From contig OZ024742.1 in NCBI GenBank assembly GCA_964016885.1, positions 216,318,001 through 216,382,000 on the forward strand: DNA of 64,000 bases, read 5' to 3'. This document shows, piece by piece, positions 13,174 through 25,238 of this stretch. The notes beneath the pieces were generated by a model. It saw nothing but the letters and a program-made list of their open reading frames with translations. It searched no databases and was not told the DNA's origin. Both the position numbers and the translations under genes were made by a program. How positions within the stretch are numbered: position 1 is the first letter of the stretch; every line of letters begins with the position of its first letter. Source of the stretch: Eledone cirrhosa. Lineage: Eukaryota.

Positions 13174-13246
13174 TATTCCATTACCCAAGATTTCACGAAA
13201 TAGACGATTCTAACAAAAACGTCTAGTTCGTTCATCAGATGAAATA
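13174..13246 (-). ncRNA. Type I hammerhead ribozyme with long stem II (solo PLE 3'-end remnant)
   Basis: rc: tatttcat-CTGATGA-acgaa c tagacg..cgtcta t ttcgt-GAAAT-cttgg-GTA-atggaata. 8-bp stem I. Resembles the HHR at 9798. Confidence 0.8.
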
Positions 13247-13499
13247 TATGATATGAATATAAAATTTGAAATCAAAATCTATTTCAAATGAAAGTGAGGC
13301 TAAATATATATATAGTTGCTGAAGAATGTTGCCTATAAATAGTTGTTACGTCGTAACTTATTGGAGATAAGCCGATCCGAGTCATCCTAAAACACTTCAT
13401 GCTATTAGTATATCCCAGGTAAGATCCGGTGATTAGCAGTGACGGACTATTCATTTATCAAATAAGAGTAGTTAAGAATGGATTATTTTAATATAATTG

Positions 13500-13566
13500 T
13501 TTATTGCATGATATATATTTCTGTTACATGGTAACTCATATGACTTCATCAGATTCTTACGCAATC
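13500..13566 (-). ncRNA. Degenerate hammerhead-like motif
   Basis: rc: ttgcgt-aagaat-CTGATGA-agtcatatgagttaccatgtaaca-GAAAT-atat-ATC-atgcaa. The core is intact but the stems are imperfect. Confidence 0.4.
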
Positions 13567-13697
13567 ATAGGTGCAGTTATGCAATCATTGGTGTATCCTG
13601 CTGGGCATGTATAAATATCCTGCAGTGATGGCAGGCATCTGGTTTAAATGTTTTGTAAGCAGGAAAAGGTTGTTGACACCATTAATTGCGTTAAGCT

Positions 13698-13840
13698 ATG
13701 AAAGGCAAATTCAACCTCGGCGGGATCTGAGTTCAAATCCCGCCGAGGTTGACTTTGCCTTTCATCCTTACGGGGTCGATAAAATAAAGTAACAGTAATG
13801 CACTGGGTAATTGCTGGCCTTGTGCCTAAAGTAGAAACAA
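13698..13840 (+). mobile_element. tRNA-derived SINE, 5'-truncated, with fold-back inverted duplication
   Basis: B box gagttcaaatccc and SINE body. 13698-13726 is the reverse complement of 13737-13765. TSD attaattgcg(a)ttaagctat at 13681-13699 and 13840-13859. Confidence 0.85.
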
Positions 13841-13929
13841 TTAATTGCGATTAAGCTATATTGTCAGTACATAGAGCCCACGTTTTCCCATTAAACTTGT
13901 CTGTATATGAGTCAACATATATGTGCGTG

Positions 13930-13964
<35 letters not shown>

Positions 13965-13983
13965 ATATGTATATGAGTCAACA

Positions 13984-14022
<39 letters not shown>

Positions 14023-14039
14023 GAAAATAAACCAAAAGT

Positions 14040-14094
14040 CTTTATTAGCCAACAATGTTTCGTCCTATTAAGGACTCATCAGGGCAATTAAAGC
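14040..14094 (-). ncRNA. Hammerhead ribozyme, inverted pLTR copy
   Basis: Reverse complement of the HHR at 17680-17733. Confidence 0.85.
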
Positions 14095-14124
14095 TATAAG
14101 AAGCACTATCAGCTAATACAAGCC

Positions 14125-15668
14125 AATATAAGTTTTTTAAAAGCTATAACCTTTCGATCACGATAGATAGAAACGATAGAGCGGTCAACTTTTTTAGATG
14201 TGACTTTGGACTTGGTCACTAATAGTTATAAACCCTTCCATAAGCCTAATGAAATACTCTCTTTTGTTAGTCCAAATTCTAACCACCCCAAATCTATGAT
14301 ACGCTCTATATTAATGGTGTATCTAATAGGATTTCCACACTCTCTAAGGACGTAGGAACATTTAATGCACATGCAGAGTACTATAATAATGCCCTAGCTA
14401 ACTCAGGTTACTCTGGTAAAATACATTATAATAATAGTAACCTTAGAAAGTCTCCGCTTACTTATAATAATAATAACATAATAACCCATAATATGGCCAT
14501 GAATGGGAGTAGAAAGCATAAGAATCGTAGAAATCACATAGGTGTATCTGAACCCATCCATGGGTTAAGCCACCAGACGCGTAGCAGAGAATCTAATACT
14601 TCTAGGAATCAAGTCGAGCCCTCTGAGCGCTCACCCATTGGTAATACTTTTGATATACCTAATTCTAATAATGTTGTTTCTACTGATCCTATTATTGGCC
14701 CTAATCCTTTTGATATGACTCCAGATGGCGGCAAATATACTAGATGTAGAAACAGAAAGAGACTTAATCGAGTTTCGGCTGATTCTAGTAATGTGGTTTT
14801 AACTAATCCTTGTAGTAACCCATATCTTAATAATGGGACATTAGATAACGGTAGAGTTGGTAAGGATAAAAATAGAAGGAGACTAAATACTTATTTTAAC
14901 CCGCTATATAATCAGGAAGTATTAACTAACATCTCTAGGTCTTTCTTTTCTATCTTAGAGAAAAACTTCCCTCCTACTAATAAATACCATAGTATTTTTA
15001 ATAAAAATGTAATTAAACTTTCATTCTCTACCACCCCTAATATTAGTTCTCATTTAGCTAGCACTAACAATGGGAAAATTAGGGATGGATACTCCTCTCT
15101 ACGTACTACTAGTCGGAATAGATCCGTAAATGCCTTACCACCAGAGCAGACTTTATCTCATAGTAATCCTACATGCGATGTATCACTACTTCAGCCGATC
15201 AATAACACCCGGAAGATTAACTGTAGAGTGAGTGCTAACTGCCCTTTAAACGGTAACTGCCTCTCTAAGAACATCGTTTATGCTTGTGTGGTTAAAACTA
15301 ATTCTTTTAATAGCACGTATATAGGCTCTACATCTAACACTTTTAAGACTAGGTTTAATTCTCATATCTCTAATTTTAAACATGTTAAGTTTAAGAATTC
15401 TACTTCTTTAGCACACCATATCTGGGATCTTAAGGGGGCTAATATACCATATAGCCTTAGTTGGCGTATAGTAGCACGCTCTAATAACCTTTCAACACAT
15501 ACTAAATTTTGCAATCTCTGTATCCTTGAGACCCACTCTATAATTTTCTCTAGGGAAACCTTACTTAATAGAAAGTCTGAGATATTCTCTTCTTGCCCCC
15601 ACGCCATTTCAAATTCTTACTTTTATTATAAACCTAAAGTTTCTAGTAGTGTAAATTGTATCCATTAG
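14125..15668 (+). pseudogene. PLE RT thumb + linker + GIY-YIG endonuclease (frameshifted 5' part, 391-aa open 3' part)
   Basis: NCRVSANCPLNGNCLSKNIVYACVV..TYIGSTSNTFKTRFNSH..LAHHIWDLK..CNLCILET..LLNRKSEIFSSCPH. Confidence 0.9.
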
Positions 15669-16573
15669 CTGCTACATTCCCTTATCTTTTTAGTTAAGGT
15701 TTATTATGTTTACCACCATCATTATCATCATTTTTATCATTGGCTTTTGACAGGTTTTCATTATAGCATTCATAATCTTTTGACTACCATACCATTTCTA
15801 TCTTCTTAAATATTATATTTTCACTATTAACACCTTATGAGTTTATATCTGATTATATATTTTATTTTATTTTATATTATTCTATTTTATTTTATTTGGA
15901 TTCTTCTTTGGATAACTACCCCCCCCCCCCCCACACACACACACATACATACTTGTCACTCGCCCCTTCAAATATACTATAATTATATCCAATTCCCTTT
16001 TACGCTCCTTTCTATTGTATAATACAGTATGTTGATTATGATTTTATGCTCTTTCATATCCTCCATACATTTCTTTTTCTGTCTCCATTGGCCTACCATA
16101 ACTCTATTTAAAGTCTGTTTAGTAGATAACGTTATTCAAATGATAGTTGAATATTTCATTTTTTCCAGATATATTTTTATAGTGATATCTTTAAATTCGG
16201 GGATTTTGATTATTTAAACCATAGCTAATTTTGTATGGACTTATTATGTATTTTAAGTACTTTCAATATTAATTAATTTAATAGGGTTTTCTAGTCATTT
16301 ATCCGGGTTTGTTTCCTAAATTTTTTACTTAACTGCATGCGACACCTAAGTAAATACTTTTGTTTTTGCTTTTCGGCTTCCGGTTGATTGTATTTATTTA
16401 TATAAACTACCGTGCGTAGTCTGTCTGTCTGGCTCTCATTCACTTATTCACAAATGTCTCTCCACCAACCATGTAATTATGTATATTATACTATGTTCAA
16501 TATTTTATATTTTGAAATTTTATATCATTCCACTCTTTGTAAACGTTCTACTGATCATTATTATTTACCTATT

Positions 16574-16760
16574 GGCGGTGGATTGGCAGTATCGGTAGAG
16601 GGTTGGACGCAATGCTTTCCAGCATAGTTACGTCCCTTTACGATCTGAGTTCAAATCCCGCCGAGGTTGACTTAGCCTTTCATCCTTACGGGGTCGATAA
16701 AATTCAGTACCAGTAATGCACTGGGTAACTGCTGGCCTTGTGCCTAAAGTAGAAATAATT
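16574..16760 (+). mobile_element. Full-length tRNA-derived SINE (~185 bp) nested in the PLE 3' UTR
   Basis: A box tggcagtatcggtag, B box gagttcaaatccc, central gcctttcatccttacggggtcgataaaat (resembles the Meta-type SINE domain, from memory), ATT tail, TSD attattatttacctatt. Confidence 0.88.
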
Positions 16761-17679
16761 ATTATTTACCTATTATTATTTACCGATTATTAAATGTACC
16801 ATTATGTTATGTTAAATTCTGTAAATCCTGTAATATGTTTATATTTTTATAATTCTTGTAATGTTTGGATAATATTTATTTACACCAACTGTATAGAAAT
16901 TTGATCTATCTATTTTCTTGCAATGGTTTTGATACTTTTCCAACATAATTTTTCCAATATAATTTAGTTCTGTACAATATTTTTTCTCACCCGGACTGTA
17001 ACTCTATATGATTTGTTAAGTTATATGCCATTATATTATAATATTGTGATTTTAGTGTTATTGTAACATTTATATTGTTTGTGCAAATTAACCGGAGATT
17101 ATCTATTATATAATTATATAGATTATTATATATTTTATGCTTATTTTTAATCATTTATTCTTCATTTAATACTGTAAATATTATATGTATTATATTTTAA
17201 TTTTATTTTCATTTGTATTTTTATTTTTATTTTTATTATTATTATTCTTATTTATATTTAAACTCTTAATAAGGGTTAGTTTGTGCTTCTATTGATGGAA
17301 ATGTGTATTGATATATATGTATATATGTGTACATATGTATATATATATATATGTATATTGGGCCTTTTAACATTATTATTATTATCATTATTAATTATAT
17401 TATATTATATTATATTATATTATATTATATTATATTATATTATATTATATATAGTACAATAATTCCCGCTCTATATCACCACCTCTGTTTTAGCTCTAGT
17501 TTTTGCATTGGACTATATTTGTAATATGGTTTAAAATGTTACTTACTTCCTTAGCAATTTTCACTTGATAATTTTTTACTTGATAATTTTTACCCGATTA
17601 TTTTCCTATGATTTAATCTATGTACACAACATATTCTTCTGAATTTTAGGCTTGTATTGGCTGATAGTGCTTCTTATAG

Positions 17680-17733
17680 CTTTAATTGCCCTGATGAGTC
17701 CTTAATAGGACGAAACATTGTTGGCTAATAAAG
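17680..17733 (+). ncRNA. Canonical minimal type I hammerhead ribozyme of the Naiad-type pLTR
   Basis: ctttaattgcc-CTGATGA-gtcct taat aggac-GAAAC-att-GTT-ggctaataaag. Confidence 0.9.
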
Positions 17734-17872
17734 ACTTTTGATGTATTGAAGGCTTCTTTGGTTTATTTTCATAATTCTTCGGCTCTGTTTAATTACATTG
17801 AGCTATACCTTTACTGTCATTTCTATAATATGAAGAGGGTGTTTAACTCCAACACACTCTAGTATTTCAATT

Positions 17873-17958
<86 letters not shown>

Positions 17959-18185
17959 TATACATATATATATAGTCTCATATACAGCAAAATTTAATGA
18001 GAGGCCTTAGGTTCTATTGACTAACAATATAGCTTCAGCGCATTCAATGGTTTCAACCAACTTTCGTTTGCCTGCTAATAAAACTTCTCAACGGGATTTG
18101 GGGAAAAGTCTCCCGGTAAAGTGTGAATTAAACAGACATTTATGAAGGGGGGATAACTCTGAACTTAAATTATATATGTATATAA

Positions 18186-18255
<70 letters not shown>

Positions 18256-18256
<1 letters not shown>

Positions 18257-18752
18257 TATAAAGAAAAAGAGATGAAATCGAAAATGCAACTGGAGTCTTA
18301 TTTTTTTTAAAAATATATATATTTATTTGGTTCCTTTACCGGTTTCGCAGTTCTTCTGCTTTTCAAAAGGTGAGTTGAGATGGAGGGTCTGTGGTTTTTC
18401 TCACATCATGAAAAGCAGAAGAACTGCGACACCGATAAAGGAACCAAATAAATATATATATTTTAAAAACAAATAAGACTCCAGTTGCATTGTCGATTTC
18501 ATCTCTTTTTCTTTATACTTTCACTCGTGTAGGACACCTCGGTTATTTTTCATATATATATATATATATTAGAAAGTGAGGTTTTTTTTACAAAATGAAA
18601 AATAACCGAGGTGTCCTACACGAGTGAAAGTATAAAGAAAAAGAGATGAAATCGAAAATGCAACTGAAGTCTTTTTTTTTTTTTTTTTTTCTTTTTTAAA
18701 TATATATATTTATTTGGTTCCTTTACCGGTTTCGCAGTTCTTCTGCTTTTCA
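18256..18752. mobile_element. Three alternating (-,+,-) copies of a ~150-bp PLE 3'-end remnant within (TA)n
   Basis: Copies at 18256-18406 (-), 18407-18552 (+) and 18595-18752 (-). They share sequence with the pLTR at 18900-18985. Confidence 0.85.
18333..18370 (-). ncRNA. Minimal hammerhead, U3-A8 variant
   Basis: rc: cctt-TTGAAAA-gcag aagaa ctgc-GAAAC-CG-GTA-aagg. Confidence 0.75.
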
Positions 18753-18907
18753 TATATATATATATTTATATATATATATATATATATTGGTAAACGGAAT
18801 AGAAAATGCTGACAAATTGTTCACAGTTGAAAAATGGTTTAATTAGGAATAAAAGAGTATTAGTGATTGTATGGGTTAGTATTCAGTTGTGGTTTTAAGT
18901 TTTTAAG

Positions 18908-18946
18908 TTTTTACCGGTTGCGCATTTCTAAATGCTTTTCAAAAAT
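18908..18946 (-). ncRNA. Hammerhead U3-A8 variant with GAAA>GCAA change (identical copy at 22048-22086)
   Basis: rc: ttt-TTGAAAA-gcattt ag aaatgc-GCAAC-CG-GTA-aaa. Confidence 0.6.
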
Positions 18947-19266
18947 AATTTTGAGATAGAGCGTCCGTGCTGTTTGCTCTGATCTGATTAGTTTTGGGAA
19001 TTCTACCTGTTTTTATGTTAAAAAAATGGCTCCAGCGTTATTTTTGTGTTGTAAAAATGCTTGTGGTCAAAACAATTTTGATTGGTCGGTAGAGGTCATG
19101 TGAATGTAAAAAGTTGATTTTGCGCCAAGACTGTTTTTATGTTAAAATGTTAGAAAAGTGGCTCCAGCAAAAATTATGGTCAAAACAATTTTGATTGGTC
19201 GGTAGAGGTCATGTGGATAAAAAATTGGTTTTGCGCCAAGATTGAGAAATGACTCTTTCACAACAA

Positions 19267-19332
<66 letters not shown>

Positions 19333-19404
19333 TAGTAGTAGTAGTAAGGTGTTCGATGCTGCGACAATAGCCACCAGCGATGTGTGTCAAATGGCTATTA
19401 AGAT

Positions 19405-19440
<36 letters not shown>

Positions 19441-19579
19441 ACATACACACAGCAGAGTCATTCGAAGGTCAAAAGATATTTTTCAGCTTTTGTCTTATAC
19501 GGAGAAGTGCGTGTGTGTGTGTGTGTGTGTGTGTATAAGTCTCTTTGTATATTGATGTACGCGTGTGTATGTGTTTGTG

Positions 19580-19616
<37 letters not shown>

Positions 19617-19962
19617 GTGGGTGGACCAGTATTTTTTCCCCCTGGTAAAATGGTGTACATTATTCGATTTTTTCAGTAAAATCGGTTCTCTTAATAGAAC
19701 ATCAACAATCTTAACAATAAAAGGTGTGAAATGATATTCACTATATATATATATACACACACACACACATATATATATATATTTTCACTACATATATATA
19801 TATATATATATATACATATATACATACATATATATGCACATATATTTTTTTGTATTGCACCATAGAGCATGTGTGTTTACGTGTGTCATTGTGTTTATAT
19901 GTGGGTAGACATGTGTGCTGATGTAGGTATGTATGTTGACGTGTGTATGTTGTGGGTTCGTC

Positions 19963-22027
19963 TTAGGGAGAAGTGTTTAGACGGGGTCCGTATTTGTTAA
20001 TGAAGTAAGATTCCTTGCTGATGCGCTGGGTGTGGGTGGCATTATCTTTAAATTTGTAGAGGGGAAAGATTCTGAAGTTGGGATGATTTTGGGCGGCGCA
20101 GGTATCAATGTGTTCACTCAGTAGTATTTTCCTGTATTCCCGTATTTTAATTTGGGATCTATGGACAGTCATGCGTTGGCGGAGGCTGTTTTTGGTCTGG
20201 CCTATGTATTGTTCTCGACAACCTGAACAAGTTAATACATATATTAAATTTTCCGATGCACATGTGAAATTGTGTTTTACTATAAAACGTTGTCCATCTT
20301 TGAAATAGAATTCCGAACCCTCTATTAGGTTGATGCAAATGCCACAGTTGGGTCTATCGCATTTTTTTACTGTGGGTTTCGTTGTTGTGGTTGGCAGTAC
20401 TTTGGCATGTGTTAAGATGTTTTTCATTGACTTGGATTGTCTTTTGCTCTTTATGATATCGTGTGTTCGTAGAATTTGGTTTATTCTATGGTCCTTTTTC
20501 AATACAGAGATGTTCTGGAGGATGGTGTCAAAGGCCTCGTTGTTGAGGGGGTTGTGTGTGGAGATGTATGGAAGAGCTTTTAGTTTTGGTTGATTTACTT
20601 TAGGGTGTCTAAGGTCCTGGGTACTGAGTTTTAGGGCACGTTGGATTCCATTGTCAATTAGTGATGCAGGGTAGTCCCTGCCTATGAGTGTGTCCTTTAG
20701 TTCTTGTAGCCGTAAGTAGCAGATGTTTTTATTGGAGACTATAGTACAGATTCTCTTGGCTAAGTTGTAGGGAATATTAATTTTAACGTGTCTAGGGTGG
20801 CAAGAGTTGAAGGGGAGGTATTGCTTGGAGTCTGTGGGCTTGTAGTATATGTCTGTTTCTATTTTTTTGTTATGGATCTTAATGAGGATGTCGAGGAAGG
20901 GGAGTTGTTGATGGCTGTATTCCATCGTGAAGTTAATATTTGTGTTGAGCCCATTTATAAGGGTGTGAAATTCTTTAACTTTTTCGATGTTTTCGTGCCA
21001 AAGGATGAAGCAGTCATCAAGATATCGCTTCCAGTTCCTTTCAATGTGTAAGTGGAGGGTGTTTCCAAATTTGTTTAGGACTTTAGTGTAGAGGGTGATT
21101 TCCAGGTATCCCATGACTAGGTTGGCATACGTAGGGGCTGTTTTCGTTCCCATAGCGGTCCCAGATTTCTGCCTGTAGGGTTTGTTATTGAAAACGAAGT
21201 AATTGTTCTCCAAGATAAATTTGAGTCCCTCTATCACGAATTCTTTTTTGATGCGTTGTGGGAGTTCATTGTGGAAGTTATCCAGCCAGAATTGGATAGC
21301 TTCTATTCCTAGGTTGTGGGGATGTTGGAGTATAGGTTGACTACATCGAACGTCACTAGTAGGGTTTGTTCAGAAAGTGGCATATTAGGGAGGTGATTGA
21401 GCATATCTAGGTCGTCCCTTATATAGCTTTTGATGTGCTTGAGGAAGGGTTTGAGAAGGGTATCAATGAAGTTGCTAAGACGGTGCGTTTCGCAAGCGGG
21501 GCCTGCTATTATAGGTCTTAATTTGAGATCATTGGGTGAGGGGACATTGATGACTATGTCTGTGGCTTCCTTGCATGCCTTACTGATTGATTCGCTTTTA
21601 TGTACTTTAGGGATACCGTAGAAAAGGCTGGATTTACTTGTGAAGTCTGTGATGAAGCTGAATTCCTTGTTAGTGAGTCCTTCTTTGTATTGGTTGATTA
21701 GAGTTTTTAGGTTTCTCATAATTTTCTGTTGATTGTAGTGTTCAGCCTTTTCGTAGTATGTTTCGTTTTCCAAAGTGGAGAGCGCTAAGTTGATATAGAA
21801 TTCTGTCTCCATTAGGACTACTGTACTCCCTTTATCAGCCTCTTTAATTGTAATGGTTCTGTCGGTTTTTAATCTATTTAATTCTTCGCATTCTTTCTTG
21901 TTGAGGTTTGGCTTGTGTTTTTGTCTGTGCAAGTGTTGGTAAGGGAAGTTTGTGATGTGTTCACAGAATTCGTCCAGGATTTTATTTCTACCTTTTGAAG
22001 GGGTGTAATTGCTTCTATTTCTGGCTA
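19963..22027 (-). CDS. PLE reverse transcriptase + GIY-YIG endonuclease (~690 aa; 5'-truncated; one 1-bp frameshift at ~21320)
   Basis: TIKEADKGSTVV, FYGIPKVHK, LRPIIAG, FDVVNLYSNIP, GTAMGT..APTYANL, WKRYLDDCF, LPFLDI, YYKPTD, SCHP, CDRPNCGIC, NLIYVLTCSGCREQYIGQT. Adding one C to the C4 run joins the two track ORFs (NIPHNLGIEAIQFWL). Confidence 0.95.
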
Positions 22028-22406
22028 TGTGGTTTTAAGTTTTTAAGTTTTTACCGGTTGCGCATTTCTAAATGCTTTTCAAAAATAATTTTGAGGTAGA
22101 GTGTCCGTGCTGTTTGCTCTGATCTGATTAGTTTTGGGAATTCTACCTGTTTTTATGTTAAAAAAATGGCTCCAGCGTTATTTTTGTGTTGTAAAAATGC
22201 TTGTGGTCAAAACAATTTTGATTGGTCGGTAGAGGTCATGTGAATGTAAAAAGTTGATTTTGCGCCAAGACTGTTTTTATGTTAAAATGTTAGAAAAGTG
22301 GCTCCAGCAAAAATTATGGTCAAAACAATTTTGATTGGTCGGTAGAGGTCATGTGGATAAAAAATTGGTTTTGCGCCAAGATTGAGAAATGACTCTTTCA
22401 CAACAA

Positions 22407-22451
<45 letters not shown>

Positions 22452-22540
22452 TGTGTGTGTGTGTGTAGTAGTAGTAGTAGTAAGGTGTTCGATGCTGCGA
22501 CAATAGCCACCAGCGATGTGTGTCAAATGGCTATTAAGAT

Positions 22541-22586
<46 letters not shown>

Positions 22587-22652
22587 ACATACACACAGCA
22601 GAGTCATTCGAAGGTCAAAAGATATTTTTCAGCTTTTGTCTTATACGGAGAA

Positions 22653-22689
<37 letters not shown>

Positions 22690-22888
22690 AGTCTCTTTGT
22701 ATGTTGATGTACGCGTGTGTATGTGTTTGTGTATATATGTGTGTGTGTGTGTGTGTGCGTGTGTGGGTGGACCAGTATTTTTTTCCCCCTGGTAAAATGG
22801 TGTACATTATTCGATTTTTTCAGTAAAATCGGTTCTCTTAATAGAACATCAACAATCTTAACAATAAAAGGTGTGAAATGATATTCAC

Positions 22889-22933
<45 letters not shown>

Positions 22934-23022
22934 TTTCACTACATATATATATATATATATATATACATATATACATACATATATATGCACATATATTTTT
23001 TTGTATTGCACCTCTATTCTTT

Positions 23023-23114
<92 letters not shown>

Positions 23115-23254
23115 TGTGTGTGTGTGTGTGTATGTATTGTCAATCTTTTTTATAAGAAATAAATAAGTTTAGTTTCAACTCGTATCAAATTTTCTAGAGC
23201 ACTTTATATTGTTTGCGAAACTAGAACTTTACACAGTGTCTACCATATGTATTA

Positions 23255-23900
23255 AAACAATTGATCAAACAAACATTATACTTTCTATTGATCATCATTA
23301 CCCTACTTCTCATTATTTCCAATATCATACTCATGATGATATTAATGACAATGTTGTTTATTATAATGTTCATGACCATCATAATTATAATTATGGTGAT
23401 AAAAATAATAATGGTGATATTTCACATTATCAATAGCACTATTCTGAATATGTCTGTCATCGTGGACAGTTTAATGATAGCTACCGTCATAATTTTAATG
23501 ATGACTATCATCAACTTGATGAAGAAAATGATGATGATCCCGATGTTTATACACATCATCTTCAAAATTATTCCCATCTCCAGTCTCATCACCACTACTA
23601 ACAATGCCTTCTTTATCTTCTCCTTCGTCATTATGACGAGAATAATGAGTATGGGGATCATAATGGCGATAGGGAGCATTGTTGCCAGAGTGATGTTGAT
23701 TGAGGAGAAATATCAGAGTACGATGGTGGCAACGATGATGATGAGGAGAAGGATGAAGAGGAGGTGGAGAATAATGTTAATGATGTGATGGACGAGGAAG
23801 TGGAGTAATATAATGATAACAACGATGGTGATGATGATCAACATCATGGTGGTGGTTGTCGCGGTGCTGGCCATAAACCATGATGCTGATGATGAAACTT
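23255..23900. repeat. Degenerate (CAT/GAT)n low-complexity tract
   Basis: Decayed ATG/ATC/ATA trinucleotide runs, more CAT-like on the left and GAT/GAG-like on the right. Confidence 0.7.
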
Positions 23901-24639
23901 GTGAAGATACGCATTTACTAGTTTCAATTATTTGGTTGCTACTATGAAGATTCTTTTTTCTCTATGTATGGATGAGTATTATATGACTGTTCATGTTCGT
24001 ATGTATATGCGCATGTGCAACAGAGTGTTATTACTAATAACATTTGTGAAGATATTATGTATTTGAAAACGGTACACTCAATAATATGATAGATGCCTGT
24101 TTATACTGGAAGTGAAATAATTAATTTCAGTCATTATTACTTCATATCTACACATCCAGATGGTAAAACATGAACTCTCCTGTTAATAAATAGATATTTC
24201 AGTTATATTCGCTGAAAGTGTCACACTGAAAAAATATTATATAACATATTTTTTTTAAAACACTTACAAAATGAAATATCTGAATGCGTAGGTTGAATGT
24301 ACATTTAATCAAATCGGAAAACAAATATAAATACAGCAGTTTACACAGGACTAGAACTATTTCCAAACCTACAGTAAACTTCTATTCATATTACACAAAA
24401 TAAAACATTAACTTAGAAACAAATATACAACAACGGAAGTATATTCTACAACAAAATAGATTCAGCATAAATAACACGGTAACAGGCAAGTTGAGTGATA
24501 GTGAACCTAGTGATGGAGTCGGAATATGCATTGCTGATATATAATTTGACTTTAAACAATTCAAGTGTTCACAAATATAACGTATGTGCAACAGAATCAC
24601 GAGGAATAAGGCAAAAATAGTTGTTGAGTGTTAAATATA

Positions 24640-25005
24640 TTGGCTAGCAGTGTACTTATTTGACCAAAGATATGCAGAAACTACTTGCTCATTTAAGCTG
24701 GCAATAGACATCACACGACATGAATAATCTTTTAGCAAAATCAAGAAGGACTCACCAAAGGAGTAGATTCTGCAGTCGTGTAATTGAATGTTTGACCCAG
24801 GCAATAAGATGTCTGAGAGGAAATACATAATGGGAGGAGTGACAATTGTTCTTGCTGGTGATTTCAGACAAACTTTGTCTGTAATTTCCCGATCGTCGCA
24901 ATCTAGTCAGATCAATGCCTGTCTGAAAACATCCTATCTCTGGCCCCACATTCAGTGGCTGATCCTTACAACAAATACGCAATGTATATTTAAAGAATAA
25001 TGTGT
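24640..25005 (+). mobile_element. Helitron RepHel PIF1-type helicase fragment (decayed)
   Basis: MGGVTIVLAGDFRQTLSVISRSSQSSQINACLKTSYLWPH..LTTN matches the PIF1 GDFRQxLPV...CLKxSxLW motif. An upstream SFKLAID relic is also present. Confidence 0.85.
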
Positions 25006-25238
25006 TCCTGCGCGAAAATGCTATACGCAAAATAGCTTATAAAGTATGTTGAAGACACTTAAATTCAGAAAAAGTAGTTGCCATCGGCCGCTTTGAGAGC
25101 AAGGAGCTTGTCTTGAAATAATAAGAAACCTCAAATGACACATAAATAACGTGTATACTGTTAAAAAAAAAAGTGTACCGAAATCACATTAGTGGCTTTT
25201 ACGTGTAACTCGAACCACAGTCATATTTCACTATATGT

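Larger units (their letters stand above)
14019..17875 (+). mobile_element. Naiad-type PLE: inverted partial pLTR, 5'-truncated ORF, ~2.2-kb 3' UTR/pLTR, inserted in (TA)n
   Basis: 14019-14124 is the reverse complement of 17649-17773 with a 20-bp deletion. RT thumb VNF/LDVTLDLVTNSYKPFHKPNE..SNHPKS starts at ~14125. Both ends abut (TA)n. Confidence 0.92.
18788..23012 (-). mobile_element. Near-intact Neptune-type PLE with ~975-bp direct pseudo-LTRs
   Basis: Direct repeats at 18888-19861 and 22028-23012 flank an RT+GIY-YIG ORF. (TA)n runs lie just outside both ends. Confidence 0.93.

Noticed and set aside
16574-16665. tRNA gene (A and B boxes)
   Set aside because: There is no cloverleaf, it is followed by a SINE body, tail and TSD, and it is multi-copy.
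20108-21621. Plus-strand ORFs inside the PLE
   Set aside because: They are antisense shadows of the RT/GIY-YIG ORF.
23261-23788. 175-aa Met/Ile-rich ORF
   Set aside because: It is a translation of a degenerate ATG/ATC/ATA trinucleotide tract.
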